Assembly (NCBI GenBank): GCA_041178085.1
Contig: JBEGVZ010000037.1
Location: 12,722 to 76,721 of the forward strand
DNA from: Pseudomonadota bacterium
Lineage (GTDB): Bacteria > Bdellovibrionota_B > Oligoflexia > Oligoflexales > RGVZ01
Direction: 5' to 3'
DNA: 64,000 nt
In this document: piece after piece, positions 49,459 to 60,452 of the stretch
Layout: every line of letters starts with the position of its first letter
Position numbering within the stretch: position 1 is the stretch's first letter
Made by a program: the position numbers and the translations under genes
Notes under the pieces: generated by a model
The model's database searches: none
The model's input: only the letters and a program-made list of their open reading frames with translations
What the model was told of the DNA's origin: nothing

Positions 49459-52113
49459 GTGAGCAGCTCCAAGGACCCTAAGGAACCAGCTGGAACGAAG
49501 CCCCCTGAGAAGACACCAGGCCAGGGCACCACGACTCAGATTCCCTTGCTTCCACTGCGGGACATTCTGGTCTTTCCCTCGACCGTCGTGCCTCTGTTCG
49601 TTGGCCGCGACAAGTCCATCGCCGCACTCGAACAAGCGATGGCCAGCAACAAGGAAATCCTGCTGGCAGCCCAGATCAAAGCCAAGACCAACGATCCCTC
49701 CGCCGAGGACATCTACAAAGTCGGGACAGTCAGCACGATCCTGCAACTGCTTCGACTCCCCGACGACACGGTCAAGGTGCTGGTTGAAGGCCAGCGTCGT
49801 GCCCGCATCGTTGATTTCGTGAAGACCGATGAATTCTTCATGGTCGAAGCAGAAGACATGGTTGAGGAGAAAGTACCGAGTGTTGAGTCCGAAGCGCTCA
49901 TCCGCACGGTCAAGATGGCTTTTGACAACTACGTCCGTTTGAACAAGCGGATCCCACCGGAACTTCCGCTGTCGCTGGCGCAGATTGATGACGAGAGCAA
50001 GCTGGCGGACACGCTTGTGGCACACCTGACCAACCTGAAACTCCAGGACAAACAGAGATTGCTTGAAGAGGTGAATCCGCGCGCACGGCTCGAGGAGCTT
50101 TACGGCTTCATTCAGTCTGAGATCGAGATCATGCGAGTTGAGAAAAAGATTCGCGCCCGCGTGAAGCGCCAGATGGAAAAGACGCAAAAGGAGTACTACC
50201 TCAACGAGCAGATGGCGGCGATCCAAAAGGAGCTCGGGGACCGCGACGACGGGCGCGCCGAGCTGCAGGAACTGGAAAACCTGATCAAGAAAAAGCAGCT
50301 TTCCGAGGAAGCGCGCGAGAAAGTCACCAAGGAACTGCGCAAGCTGAAAATGATGTCACCGATGTCTGCGGAAGCAACTGTTGTCCGCAACTACATCGAT
50401 ACGGTTCTCTCCCTGCCTTGGGGCGAGTTCACCACGGAAAAGCGTGACATCAAGTATGCCGAGGATGTTCTCAACAAGGATCACTACGGACTGCGGAAGG
50501 TCAAAGACCGCGTTCTTGAATACCTTTCCGTGCGCGCCCTGAGCACGGGACTGAAAGGTCCGATCCTTTGCCTGGTCGGACCTCCTGGTGTCGGTAAAAC
50601 ATCTCTTGCACGCAGTGTGGCGACGTCAACGGGTAGAAACTTTGTGCGGATTTCACTTGGCGGCGTGCGCGACGAAGCAGAGATCCGCGGACACCGCCGG
50701 ACCTACATCGGCTCCATGCCCGGCAAGATCATCATGGCCCTGAAAAAGGCTGGATCGGCCAACCCGGTGGTGCTGCTGGACGAAATTGACAAGCTGAGCC
50801 AGGACTTCCGCGGCGACCCCGCATCGGCACTGCTTGAGGTCCTGGACCCAGAGCAGAATCACACGTTCAACGATCACTACCTTGACCTGGACTTCGATTT
50901 GTCCAAGTGCCTGTTTCTTGCCACGGCTAACTCGTTGCATTCGATCCCGAAACCACTCCTTGACCGTATGGAAGTCATTTCGCTCTCCGGATATACGGAA
51001 GAAGAAAAGCTGGCCATTGCCCAGCAGTACCTCGTGCCGAAGGAAATCCGCGAGAACGGACTGGAAAAAAGTCACATCACTTTCCAGCCCAAGGCCCTGA
51101 AGGAAATTGTTTCGTACTATACCCGTGAGGCGGGCGTACGGAATCTGGAACGCGAGATCGGATCCGTGTTGCGCAAGGTGGCCCGCAAGCACTTGAAGAA
51201 GGCCGCAGGCGGGGTCGAGCAAGAGGACGGTGTGGAACTTGAGTCTGCGGAAGCGACAGGATCCGCCGATGAATCGTCATCAAGTTACACTGAGGTTCCG
51301 GCGAAAAAAGAGTCAGGGCAGTCCGGGGAAGCCCCCTCAGAGCCTGTTCCGACCCTTGTCATCACCGAAACGATCACGGAGAAATCCATTGCGAAGTACC
51401 TTGGGCCGCGTCGCTTCCGCGTCGGCATCCAGGGAAGTTCCAACGAAGTCGGCATCTGCACAGGCCTGGCCTGGACAGAAGTCGGCGGCGACTTGCTGGT
51501 CACTGAAGTGGCAATTCTTCCAGGCAAGGGCAAGTTGACCATCACGGGCAAGCTTGGCGAGGTCATGCAAGAATCTGCGCAGGCGGCACTGAGTTACGTG
51601 CGCTCGCGGGCGAGCTTCCTTGACCTGGAGCCGGACTTCTACCAGAAGATCGATATCCACATTCACGTCCCGGAGGGGGCGATCCCAAAGGATGGTCCAT
51701 CGGCAGGGCTTTGCATGGCCACCGCGCTGACCAGTGCACTGACCAGGCGTCCGGTCAGCAAGGATGTGGCGATGACTGGAGAGATCACGCTTCGTGGACG
51801 CGCCTTGCCGATTGGTGGCCTCAAGGAGAAAATCCTTGCTGCGCACCGCGGTGGTATCAAGAAGGTGATCATTCCCAAAGAGAACGAAAAAGACCTCCAT
51901 GAAATTCCGAAGCAAATCCTGAAGGAAGTGGAAGTCATCCCGGTTGAGCACATGGACTCCGTCCTGATGCACGCCCTGGCCTGGGACCAGCCGCTGGAAG
52001 GCGAAGCCGCCGCTGGCCACGAACAAGGCAAACCGGACAAGCTGTTCGAGAAGCTGCGTGCGATTGCAGAAAAGACGGCGGCAAACTCGCCTCCGGCCAA
52101 TCTGGCGCACTGA
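49459..52113 (+). CDS. lon: Lon protease (endopeptidase La)
   Basis: PLLPLRD N-domain, [24 protein letters not shown] (catalytic Ser), GGLKEK (Lys). Confidence 0.98.
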   Translation: MSSSKDPKEPAGTKPPEKTPGQGTTTQIPLLPLRDILVFPSTVVPLFVGRDKSIAALEQAMASNKEILLAAQIKAKTNDPSAEDIYKVGTVSTILQLLRLPDDTVKVLVEGQRRARIVDFVKTDEFFMVEAEDMVEEKVPSVESEALIRTVKMAFDNYVRLNKRIPPELPLSLAQIDDESKLADTLVAHLTNLKLQDKQRLLEEVNPRARLEELYGFIQSEIEIMRVEKKIRARVKRQMEKTQKEYYLNEQMAAIQKELGDRDDGRAELQELENLIKKKQLSEEAREKVTKELRKLKMMSPMSAEATVVRNYIDTVLSLPWGEFTTEKRDIKYAEDVLNKDHYGLRKVKDRVLEYLSVRALSTGLKGPILCLVGPPGVGKTSLARSVATSTGRNFVRISLGGVRDEAEIRGHRRTYIGSMPGKIIMALKKAGSANPVVLLDEIDKLSQDFRGDPASALLEVLDPEQNHTFNDHYLDLDFDLSKCLFLATANSLHSIPKPLLDRMEVISLSGYTEEEKLAIAQQYLVPKEIRENGLEKSHITFQPKALKEIVSYYTREAGVRNLEREIGSVLRKVARKHLKKAAGGVEQEDGVELESAEATGSADESSSSYTEVPAKKESGQSGEAPSEPVPTLVITETITEKSIAKYLGPRRFRVGIQGSSNEVGICTGLAWTEVGGDLLVTEVAILPGKGKLTITGKLGEVMQESAQAALSYVRSRASFLDLEPDFYQKIDIHIHVPEGAIPKDGPSAGLCMATALTSALTRRPVSKDVAMTGEITLRGRALPIGGLKEKILAAHRGGIKKVIIPKENEKDLHEIPKQILKEVEVIPVEHMDSVLMHALAWDQPLEGEAAAGHEQGKPDKLFEKLRAIAEKTAANSPPANLAH

Positions 52114-52150
52114 TCGAATGGCATAAGATTACCGGAACCGGGCCTGGCAG

Positions 52151-52987
52151 ATGCTGAACGGAAAAAATGGATTGATACTTGGAGTGGCCAACGAGTTTTC
52201 GTTGGCCGCTTTCATTGCGGCGAAAGCGCACTCCCTTGGCGCAAGCCTTGCGTTCAACTACCTGCCCGATGCGTCTTCTGGCGGCGCAAAGGCAGAAAAA
52301 CGGGTGCGGCGAGTGATCGATCCGCTGGCTCCGCGGATGCTCATGCCTTGTGACCTGACCCGTGACGATTCTGTGGATGCATTTTTTTCCGCGCTCCAAG
52401 GGCCAATGCCACGCCTTGATTTCGTGGTTCATTCAGTCGCCTGGGCGCCTCTCGCAGACATCCTTTGCCGTACGATCGATGCCAGCCGGGCAGGTTTTCG
52501 AGAGGCCATGGACATCAGCGTCTACAGCTTCCTGACCACGGTCAAACGAGCTGCCGAACTGATGCCCGAGGGCGGCAGTATCCTGGCCCTCAGTTATTAC
52601 GGCGGCGAGAAAGTGGTCGATGGTTACAACCTGATGGGTGTTTGCAAAGCGGCACTGGAAAGCGCCGTACGCTATGCTGCGAGCGAGATGGGTCCGCGTG
52701 GAATCCGCGTCAATGCGATCAGTGCCGGACCGGTCAAAACTCTGAGCGCGAGCGCCGTACATGGCCTTGACGATATGCTACGCCTGCACCGCGAGGTCGC
52801 GCCCATGCGCCGGAATATCACCGGCGAAGACGTAGCTGGCACTGCCTGCTGGCTTGCCTCTGCCAACGCCTCGTCCATCACGGGTGAGGTGATTCACGCA
52901 GACTGCGGGTACCACGTCATGGGGGGGCCACCAGTCCCCTTGAAAGAAATCGCCTCGGCCACCGCACAATTCCAGAAAGGTATGTGA
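52151..52987 (+). CDS. fabI: Enoyl-ACP reductase (NADH)
   Basis: GLILGVAN, VVHSVAWAP, DISVYSF, YNLMGVCK (Y-x6-K), VNAISAGPVKTL. Confidence 0.92.
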   Translation: MLNGKNGLILGVANEFSLAAFIAAKAHSLGASLAFNYLPDASSGGAKAEKRVRRVIDPLAPRMLMPCDLTRDDSVDAFFSALQGPMPRLDFVVHSVAWAPLADILCRTIDASRAGFREAMDISVYSFLTTVKRAAELMPEGGSILALSYYGGEKVVDGYNLMGVCKAALESAVRYAASEMGPRGIRVNAISAGPVKTLSASAVHGLDDMLRLHREVAPMRRNITGEDVAGTACWLASANASSITGEVIHADCGYHVMGGPPVPLKEIASATAQFQKGM

Positions 52988-52990
52988 CCC

Positions 52991-54898
52991 ATGTCTGTCA
53001 TGCGCCTGCTGACCCAGAAACGCTTCGGCCCGTTTTTCCTGACCCAGTGTTCAGGCGCCTTCAACGACAACGTGTTCAAGAACGCCATGGTGATCATGCT
53101 GACCTACAAGTCAGCATCGGAGTCTGAAGGCGGATTGATGGTGAATGCGGCAGCGGGCCTGTTCATCCTCCCCTTCTTCCTGTTCTCGCCGATTGCAGGT
53201 CGCATTGCGGACAAGTTCGACAAGGGCAGGATCATGCGCGTGGTCAAGGTTTCCGAGATCGCCATCATGATGCTCGGGAGCGCAGGGTTTTTTCTCAGTT
53301 CGATCCCGATTCTGTTCACTTCTCTTTTCTTGATGGGTGTTCACTCGACCTTCTTCGGCCCGGTGAAGTATTCCATCCTGCCTCAACATCTGCGTGACGA
53401 CGAACTGATGGCGGGCAACGCCCTGGTTGAGATGGGCACCTTCCTTTCCATCCTGACCGGTACGCTGCTGGGTGGCACACTGGCAGCAAAACTGGCGGAT
53501 AGTGCCGGACATAATCACGGAGCCGCAATCACAGCAGCGTGGGTCATGGGGATTGCGATCGCAGGGTGGTTGTTTTCGCTCTTTGTCCCGAAAGCGCCCG
53601 CGGCGGATCCGGACCTGCCTTTGCGCTTTGACTTCATCCGCGATACCCGCGAACTGATCCAGATCTGCAAGCAGCGGGAAGGTATCTGGAACGCCGTAAT
53701 GGGAATTTCATGGTTCTGGTACTTTGGCGGCACGTTCCTGGCCCAGCTACCCTCTTTCGCCAAACATACGCTTGGCAGCAATGACCCGGCCCTTACGACC
53801 GTGATGCTGGCTACATTTTCCGTCAGTGTGGGCATTGGCTCGCTCCTGTCAGAAAGGCTCTCCCGGGGGGATATTGAGCTTGGCATGATTCCCCTCGGTG
53901 CCCTTGGCATGTCGATTTTTGCGGCTGATTTGTGGTTGCTTGATCCAGCCTCTGCCGCCAAGGCGAAGATCGCCTGGGAATTCGTGGGACTGAACGGGGT
54001 CGATGTGCCCTGGCGAGTCCTGTTTGACATCGGAATGTGCGGGATCAGTGGCAGCCTGTTCATCGTCCCACTCTATGCCTACATCCAGCACCGGTCTGAA
54101 GCACGCACCCGGTCACGCTTGATTGCAGCCAATAACCTGTTCAATGCTGTGTTCATGGTGGCATCCGCCCTGTTCACAATAATGTTCTATAAACTCGGCT
54201 TGAACACGGCAGAAATCCTGCTGGTCTCTGCCATCATGAACTTGCTCGTGAGCGGGTGGATCATCGCACTGATTCCAGAATTCTTGATGCGCTTTGTTGT
54301 CTGGATTCTTGCTTCGACGATCTACCGGATCCACTACAAGGGACGGGACCTGATTCCCTCCTCGGGTGCGGCTCTGGTTGTTGCCAACCACGTTTCGTTC
54401 ATTGACTGGTTTATCCTGGCTGCTGCCTGCCGCCGCCCCGTCCGGTTTGTGATGGATCACCACTTCTTCATGGTTCCGGGCATCAAAATCTTTGCAGAAG
54501 CGGCCAAAGCAATCCCAATCGCACCTGCCAAGGAAGACGCCGCCTTGAAAGAGAAAAGCTTCGAACTGATTTCTGCTGCGCTGCGCGAAGGTCACATCGT
54601 ATGTATTTTTCCTGAGGGAGGGATCACCAGAGACGGCAAGCTACTGCCCTTCAGACCTGGTGTTGACCGCATCCTTCGCACTGACCCCGTACCTGTTTAT
54701 ACGATTTCATTAAACGGCCTTTGGGGCAGTTTCTTCTCACGCAAGGGTGGGCGGGCCATGAGCCGACTACCGCGCCCCTCATGGCGTGTCATCGATGTGG
54801 AGATCCGGAAATTCGAGGGCAAGGCTGGCCAAAGCGGCGAAAGCTCCTGGGCGGGAGCCCTGCAAAAGCAGATCAGCGAAATGGTTGAACCGGTCTGA
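52991..54898 (+). CDS. MFS (LplT-like) transporter fused to a lysophospholipid acyltransferase domain
   Basis: GAFNDNVFKN, FILPFFLFS, FFGPVKYSILP; C-terminal NHVSFID (HX4D) and FPEGG. Confidence 0.92.
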   Translation: MSVMRLLTQKRFGPFFLTQCSGAFNDNVFKNAMVIMLTYKSASESEGGLMVNAAAGLFILPFFLFSPIAGRIADKFDKGRIMRVVKVSEIAIMMLGSAGFFLSSIPILFTSLFLMGVHSTFFGPVKYSILPQHLRDDELMAGNALVEMGTFLSILTGTLLGGTLAAKLADSAGHNHGAAITAAWVMGIAIAGWLFSLFVPKAPAADPDLPLRFDFIRDTRELIQICKQREGIWNAVMGISWFWYFGGTFLAQLPSFAKHTLGSNDPALTTVMLATFSVSVGIGSLLSERLSRGDIELGMIPLGALGMSIFAADLWLLDPASAAKAKIAWEFVGLNGVDVPWRVLFDIGMCGISGSLFIVPLYAYIQHRSEARTRSRLIAANNLFNAVFMVASALFTIMFYKLGLNTAEILLVSAIMNLLVSGWIIALIPEFLMRFVVWILASTIYRIHYKGRDLIPSSGAALVVANHVSFIDWFILAAACRRPVRFVMDHHFFMVPGIKIFAEAAKAIPIAPAKEDAALKEKSFELISAALREGHIVCIFPEGGITRDGKLLPFRPGVDRILRTDPVPVYTISLNGLWGSFFSRKGGRAMSRLPRPSWRVIDVEIRKFEGKAGQSGESSWAGALQKQISEMVEPV

Positions 54899-55547
54899 GC
54901 ACCGCGAGCGCACCTGCACATTCTGCAAGTGGGGGATCAATCATTTGCACCCTCGTGATGGATCCAGCCGGTGTCAGGGGGCTGGTATCCATCAATACCC
55001 GCAAGTCCAGCAAGCGTCTTTCCCCGTCAACAGAAACCACTTCTGCGTCCTGAAACCAGAAACGCCTGCGACCAGCAGGAAAGTGGCACTTGAAAAGGGC
55101 TTCCTTGGCGACGAAGACGTCGACCAACGACAGCTTTCCGGCTGTCACCATCGCAGATTCCACAGCAGTGCAAATCTTGTCAATCAGCGCTGGCTTTACA
55201 CGACTGGAGTGCTCGATATCAAGGCCGACGGAGACGACATCTTCGTTGCCTGACAAAGCTACGGAAACTTGACCGAGGGAGTGGCTGACTGATCCGCACG
55301 TGCCCGGCGGCCATACGATCAATCCGTCCGCGTCGCGGACGGGATCATCGGAAACGCCGAGCACCTGTCGAACCAGGTAACGGCTGCGCAGGAATTCGGC
55401 GCGGCGGGCAGGATGAGAGATCGTCCTTAATGTCCGCTGACTTGCAAAAGATAATCCTGACAGCAGGGCCTCTTCAGGCACAGCCACGTCACGGTCCAGG
55501 AAAAGGACCCGGGTGCCGTTTGGTGCTGTCATTGCCTGTATGTTCAA
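54873..55547 (-). CDS. 4'-phosphopantetheinyl transferase (EntD/Sfp-like)
   Basis: RRAEFLRSR, WPPGTCGSVSHS, VGLDIE, FVAKEALFK. Confidence 0.88.
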   Translation of the reverse strand: MNIQAMTAPNGTRVLFLDRDVAVPEEALLSGLSFASQRTLRTISHPARRAEFLRSRYLVRQVLGVSDDPVRDADGLIVWPPGTCGSVSHSLGQVSVALSGNEDVVSVGLDIEHSSRVKPALIDKICTAVESAMVTAGKLSLVDVFVAKEALFKCHFPAGRRRFWFQDAEVVSVDGERRLLDLRVLMDTSPLTPAGSITRVQMIDPPLAECAGALAVLRPVQPFR

Positions 55548-56728
55548 ATACGACCGGTCGCCTGCAAATAGATGATAGAACTGAAGGGCATCTCACCGAA
55601 TTCGCTGTCCGTCCCGCCACTGAAGAAAGTCGGATTCACCGACAGCGATATCAGCGGTGATATTGAACGCCTCAGTTCAACACTTGCGAACGTGCTCTGG
55701 TCCAGTGCATTTTGCAGAACGGAAGCCGAAATTCGTGTTTTTGGCAGGGAATCCTCGTCGTGGAAGGCAAGAAACGCATAAGTCCGCCCCAGGAACCTTG
55801 AATCCGGTTTCTTATCGTTACTGGCTTCGTCCTGGGCTTCGATCGATGCAAGGAAATCCCTGAATTCCTTGCGGTCGAGTCCGCTCTGGTTCTGCATGAA
55901 CTCAATCGTGGCAGAACGTTTTCCGGCAATCACGAAACGACCGCCGGCCAGCACAAACATGCTGGGGTCCAAGTGTTTGAAGCTGGAAAAGCTTCGTTCA
56001 CGCTGTTCCCCCGGGCTGCGTTGGCGCGACTGATAACGACCGTCCACATGCAACTCAAGACGGTCGCCCGCGAAGAAACGGGAGGCAGAAAATCCCGTAG
56101 TTGCCTTGTCCTCTGACTGCATCGTTGCCTGCAGGCGCAGGTCGATGCCGGCAATCTGGGTCTGTCCCTGAAGCCAGGCCTTGCCCTTCCCTGCAAAAGC
56201 GGCTCGCAACGGAATGAACCCTAGCCCAACCTTGCCAGCAACCCCGCTGATTGCCAGCCGTGTGAAGAACTTCCCTTCCCGCTGATAAAGGGGGTCTATG
56301 AGGTCTTTGTCCTCATTGAGCAGATCTGAAGGGTTCATCAGAATACCAGGTCCGTCGAACTCGACCTTCTTGCCTGTGGTGAGAAGAAAAAGTCCCCCGG
56401 CCAGCTGGGACTCGATGAACCCCTGCTGGATGACCAATTCGGTCCCACCGTTTGGCGACTCCCTTGGCGTGCGAATCCCAGCTTCCAAGACCGCTGCGTC
56501 CTCATATTCCCAGTTCAAGTCGTAGCGCAGGGTTGCATACAGCTGGTCAACTGTGTCCTTGTCTTCTTTCGGACGGTGGAAGGCCGAGGACTTCCTGCGG
56601 GCAAGCGATAATTGGCGATAGATGACTTCTGGCCGGACCTTGATGGATGGCTCACCTGGGGATTCGCCTTCTGCCCTCGCTATTCCGCTGACAAGGGCGA
56701 ACAAGGTTATCGCCGCACTCCTGATCAT
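55544..56728 (-). CDS. Exported beta-rich protein, probable outer-membrane barrel
   Basis: Signal peptide ending IARA, amphipathic strands, TGKK...GPGILMNPSD and SEFGEMP motifs; ATGA-coupled on both sides. Confidence 0.6.
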   Translation of the reverse strand: MIRSAAITLFALVSGIARAEGESPGEPSIKVRPEVIYRQLSLARRKSSAFHRPKEDKDTVDQLYATLRYDLNWEYEDAAVLEAGIRTPRESPNGGTELVIQQGFIESQLAGGLFLLTTGKKVEFDGPGILMNPSDLLNEDKDLIDPLYQREGKFFTRLAISGVAGKVGLGFIPLRAAFAGKGKAWLQGQTQIAGIDLRLQATMQSEDKATTGFSASRFFAGDRLELHVDGRYQSRQRSPGEQRERSFSSFKHLDPSMFVLAGGRFVIAGKRSATIEFMQNQSGLDRKEFRDFLASIEAQDEASNDKKPDSRFLGRTYAFLAFHDEDSLPKTRISASVLQNALDQSTFASVELRRSISPLISLSVNPTFFSGGTDSEFGEMPFSSIIYLQATGRI

Positions 56729-58461
56729 GATGCGGCCACCCCATGCCCCTGGGCAGCGCGGGTGGCATCCGGCTTTCCTGCCATCGCGGCAATTACGGCT
56801 TCGGCACCGGGAATGACACCGGCTTCGACGTCTTTCGCGTATGAATTCTCGTACAGGTTCGGATTGGCAATGCGCGCATCGATCTGGGACAGCACATATT
56901 TTGAGTGCTTGTAAAAGTGCGTGTAGATACCTATGAGCTTCATCCCTGCGTCAAATGGTCCAGGTCCGTACTTCAACATCTTGGCCATGCACGAAAGGTA
57001 GTGCCAGCGCAAAGCCGGATCACCCAGCATCATCTTTGAAAGGTTCCACAGGCCCGTCAGGTTACGTTTCCACTCAAACAATGAAGGAATGTGGACACTC
57101 TTCGTCTTCAGGCGACGGGCAGTCTCAAGCACCCGTCCAAAATAAGCCCGTGGCGAGTAAATCTCTGCTATCACATTGCGGTATTCGCGCAGGATGTCGT
57201 GCTGGGGACGCTTCGTCACAAAGTTCAATCCGGATACCGTATGATCACCAGCAACCGCGGAATGAATCACGAGGCGGTATTCTTTCTGGTCCGGTGGAAC
57301 CAGCTTGCCACGCGAATCAAGCATGCGACCTTCCTTCTGAAGGCGACGCGTAAGCTGGGTGTTCGGCAGGGCAACAAGAAGCCCCGCAGAAGCCATGCAA
57401 ATGGCAGTGTCCTCGATGCACTTGATCATCATCTTGTCCGTACCTGGCTTTTCCGAATCAAAGCCGAGGATGAACCCGCCAAGTGCAACGATGCCGTGCT
57501 TGTACAGGTTGTTCACCCGGTCAACGATCGGACGCATGGTGTTCTGGCTTTTCTGCGTCTGCATCAGGATCTCGGGGTCGGGTGTCTCGATACCCATGAA
57601 AACAAAACGGAAGTCCGCTGACTGCATCATCTCCAGCAGCTTCATGTCGTCGCCAAGGTTCATCGACGCTTCGGTGGCAAAGTAGAACGGATGGCCATGG
57701 CTGTTCTGCCAGTCGATCACATGGGGCAGCAGTTTCTTCACATTGCGCTTGTTACCGATGAAGTTATCGTCCACGAAATAGATCGAACCCCGATAACCAC
57801 AGTCGTAAATCGCCTGAAGTTCCGAAAGAACCTGCTCCGGAGTCTTGGTCCTTGGCACACGGCCATAAAGTTCGATGATGTCACAGAATTCACAGTTGAA
57901 CGGGCAGCCCCGCGAATATTGCAGACCCACTTCCACATAGTTTCTAAAGTCCAGCAAGTCGAAACGAGGCAGCGGTGACTTGCTGACATCGGGCTTCTTG
58001 TCGGTCTTGAATACGCCGCGGGGATTTCCTGCGCGCCAAGCATCAAGCCATACGTGGATGAGTTCTTCGGCCTCGCCAACAACCGTGACATCAGCATCGG
58101 CATACAAGTCGGGTTGACTTGAAGGTTCTGGGCCACCAACGACCACGAACTTGCCATCGGCATTGGCTCTCTTGATCAAATCCATCAACCCCTGCTGCTG
58201 GGGTAACATGCCGCCAACGCAGATTATATCGGCTTCCTGCCACCAGTCCTGGCGGAAGTCCATGACGTTCAGGTCCATCAGCTTGATGTCCCAGTGCTGC
58301 GGCAAGAGCGCCGCAACCGTCAACAGTCCAAGGGGAGGACTTGGCGTCTTTGCCCCCATGAGCTCAGCAGCCGAAACGTAGTTCCAGAAGCTGTTTGGGG
58401 GAAACTTCGGAGAGATCAGAAGACACTTCAGCTTCTGGTCGGGATGCATGCTGAAACCCAT
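56725..58461 (-). CDS. Cobalamin-binding radical SAM protein (DUF4070-type C-terminus)
   Basis: PPLGLLTVAALLP and VVVGGP B12-binding domain, SRGCPFNCEFC (CxxxCxxC), FVDDNFIGN, VFMGIETP, GFILGFD. Confidence 0.92.
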   Translation of the reverse strand: MGFSMHPDQKLKCLLISPKFPPNSFWNYVSAAELMGAKTPSPPLGLLTVAALLPQHWDIKLMDLNVMDFRQDWWQEADIICVGGMLPQQQGLMDLIKRANADGKFVVVGGPEPSSQPDLYADADVTVVGEAEELIHVWLDAWRAGNPRGVFKTDKKPDVSKSPLPRFDLLDFRNYVEVGLQYSRGCPFNCEFCDIIELYGRVPRTKTPEQVLSELQAIYDCGYRGSIYFVDDNFIGNKRNVKKLLPHVIDWQNSHGHPFYFATEASMNLGDDMKLLEMMQSADFRFVFMGIETPDPEILMQTQKSQNTMRPIVDRVNNLYKHGIVALGGFILGFDSEKPGTDKMMIKCIEDTAICMASAGLLVALPNTQLTRRLQKEGRMLDSRGKLVPPDQKEYRLVIHSAVAGDHTVSGLNFVTKRPQHDILREYRNVIAEIYSPRAYFGRVLETARRLKTKSVHIPSLFEWKRNLTGLWNLSKMMLGDPALRWHYLSCMAKMLKYGPGPFDAGMKLIGIYTHFYKHSKYVLSQIDARIANPNLYENSYAKDVEAGVIPGAEAVIAAMAGKPDATRAAQGHGVAAS

Positions 58462-58572
58462 GGCCAGTCTCCTGACAATAAACGCGTCTTTTGCGTGTAC
58501 TTAAAGGGTAAACCAGACCGGCCGGGATATCCAGCCGACATTGGAAACGCTGAAATTACCGGAAGTCAGGCC

Positions 58573-59328
58573 TCAGCCAAGAACAAACCCGCCATCGACC
58601 GTGATCACCTGTCCGGTCATGAAGGCAGCATGATCAGAGGCCAGCATAACAGCCCAGGTGGCAATATCGTCCGGTTTGCCGTGCCTTTTGATCAATTGAT
58701 GATCAAGGATCATTTGTTTCGCCAGTCCAATCACTTCCTTCGTCATGTCCGTCTCTATCACACCGGGGGCGATGCAGTTGACGAGGATGTTCCGCGAGGC
58801 CAGTTCGACCGCCAGGCTCTGGGTCAGGCTTTCAAGGGCACCCTTTGATGCGGCATAATTGCCCTGTCCCCTGCCCCCGCGAGACGCGGCAATGGACGAC
58901 ATGTTGATGATCCGTCCCCAGCGTTTCATCATCATGCCCCGGATCACTGCCCGCGAACAGTGAACTGCCCCCATGACATTGGTGGCGAAAACATCTTGCC
59001 AGTCCTGGTCTTCGAGCATCATGAACAGGTTATCCCGAACCACGCCGGCATTGTTCACGAGGATATCAACGCCGCCAAACGCTTGCTCAATCTGGTCACG
59101 GGCCTGCTCGACAGACTTCATGTCCGCTACGTCGCATTGCAAACTCAGCGCCTTCACACCGAGTGCTTCAATGGCAAGGGCAACTTCCCGGGCAGCGCTC
59201 TCCCCGGACCGCCAGGAGATTGCAACATCAGCGCCCGCCCTGGCAAAGGCCAGCGCCATTGCACGGCCCAGGCCACGACTTCCACCCGTAATCCACACCT
59301 TCTTGCCTGTCAGTTCGATCCCAAGCAT
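58573..59328 (-). CDS. fabG: 3-oxoacyl-ACP reductase (FabG-like)
   Basis: ITGGSRGLG, LVNNAG, NMSS, YAASK, NCIAPGVIETDMT, TGQVITVDGG. Confidence 0.9.
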   Translation of the reverse strand: MLGIELTGKKVWITGGSRGLGRAMALAFARAGADVAISWRSGESAAREVALAIEALGVKALSLQCDVADMKSVEQARDQIEQAFGGVDILVNNAGVVRDNLFMMLEDQDWQDVFATNVMGAVHCSRAVIRGMMMKRWGRIINMSSIAASRGGRGQGNYAASKGALESLTQSLAVELASRNILVNCIAPGVIETDMTKEVIGLAKQMILDHQLIKRHGKPDDIATWAVMLASDHAAFMTGQVITVDGGFVLG

Positions 59329-60452
59329 TTGCGCCCCCACGATGTATCAGCACACCAGGCGAACAGGCGTTCACCGTAATCCTCAAAATCTGGAGCAACC
59401 CCGGACTGCTCCCCAAGAACGGACTGCGCCACTGTCGTATCAAACACCCGTCCGCGTGATCCCAGATACGGAATGTGCCACGCAACCGTCGACAGGATTT
59501 CCTGCATCGCATGGCTGCACCGGCGAAAGACTGGCTTGAACAGCAACAGCTTCAGGATCCAAGGAGGACTCAATGGCAAAGGCTTCCGTTTGAAAGCGCG
59601 GCCAGCGGCAGCCATCACGGACACCGGGCCGGGGGACCTGCTCCCTGCGCATAAGTGTAACGTCTTGCCGACAATGTCCCCGACCGGAACCTGGCAAAGG
59701 CGGACCAGGGCCGAAGCGACAAAATTACTTGGCACCAGGTCTACCAGCGCCCTGCGAGACAGGGGGGCTCGTGGCACGACATCGCGCAGCCACAGGCGTA
59801 CCACGGAATAGACTACACGGAAATGCAGCGTGAACCCGTTCCTGCTGTCGCCGACGATAATGCTGGGACGCACGACGCACCAAGGCAATCCGGACTGGCG
59901 GACGATATCCTCGGCCTCCCACTTCGATTGCTCATAAGCGTTGTTGAAGCCTGCACGGGGCCATACCCCGTCCTCCCGGATCAACCCCCGTCGACGCCCC
60001 GCAACAAATGCGGTAGAAACCAGGATGAACCGGTCAATAAATGCAAAATTCGCCGAAGAAAACTGCAGCAAGTCACGGGTCAATCCCACATTGATGCGCC
60101 GGCTCTCTTGAAGAGGCAGATCAAACGCTGTGTCTGCCGCTGCATGGATGATGGTATAGCGGTGGCCAGATGCAAGGACATGCGGAATGCCATGCCAGTC
60201 AATGCATTGAATTGCCTCACCGAATTCCTGCACGCTTTGCCGGCCAGCACAGGCACCGGCATCAACCCAGCGACGCAGCACATGCTCCAGACGCTGCCGT
60301 GAAGACTGGCCATGCCGGGGACGAACCACAGCGACCAGACGTCCCCCTGCGATGCCTTGTTCGAAGCAAGCCCGCAGAAACTCGGATCCAACAAACCCGT
60401 TGGCGCCGGTGACTAAAATGCGGCTTACACTCCGGAGAGGATCAAGCTGCAT
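59310..60452 (-). CDS. Stand-alone acyl-thioester/fatty acyl reductase (extended SDR, NAD_binding_4 type)
   Basis: LVTGANGFVG, IIHAAADTAF, VSTAFVAG, FNNAYEQSKWEAE, VRPSIIVGDS, VDLVP; start MQLDPL at 60452 assumed. Confidence 0.85.
   Translation of the reverse strand: MQLDPLRSVSRILVTGANGFVGSEFLRACFEQGIAGGRLVAVVRPRHGQSSRQRLEHVLRRWVDAGACAGRQSVQEFGEAIQCIDWHGIPHVLASGHRYTIIHAAADTAFDLPLQESRRINVGLTRDLLQFSSANFAFIDRFILVSTAFVAGRRRGLIREDGVWPRAGFNNAYEQSKWEAEDIVRQSGLPWCVVRPSIIVGDSRNGFTLHFRVVYSVVRLWLRDVVPRAPLSRRALVDLVPSNFVASALVRLCQVPVGDIVGKTLHLCAGSRSPGPVSVMAAAGRAFKRKPLPLSPPWILKLLLFKPVFRRCSHAMQEILSTVAWHIPYLGSRGRVFDTTVAQSVLGEQSGVAPDFEDYGERLFAWCADTSWGRKCLGSN

Noticed and set aside
52119..52134. Sigma-54 promoter TGGCATAAGATTACC before fabI
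   Set aside because: The -24 element is good but there is no GC at -12.
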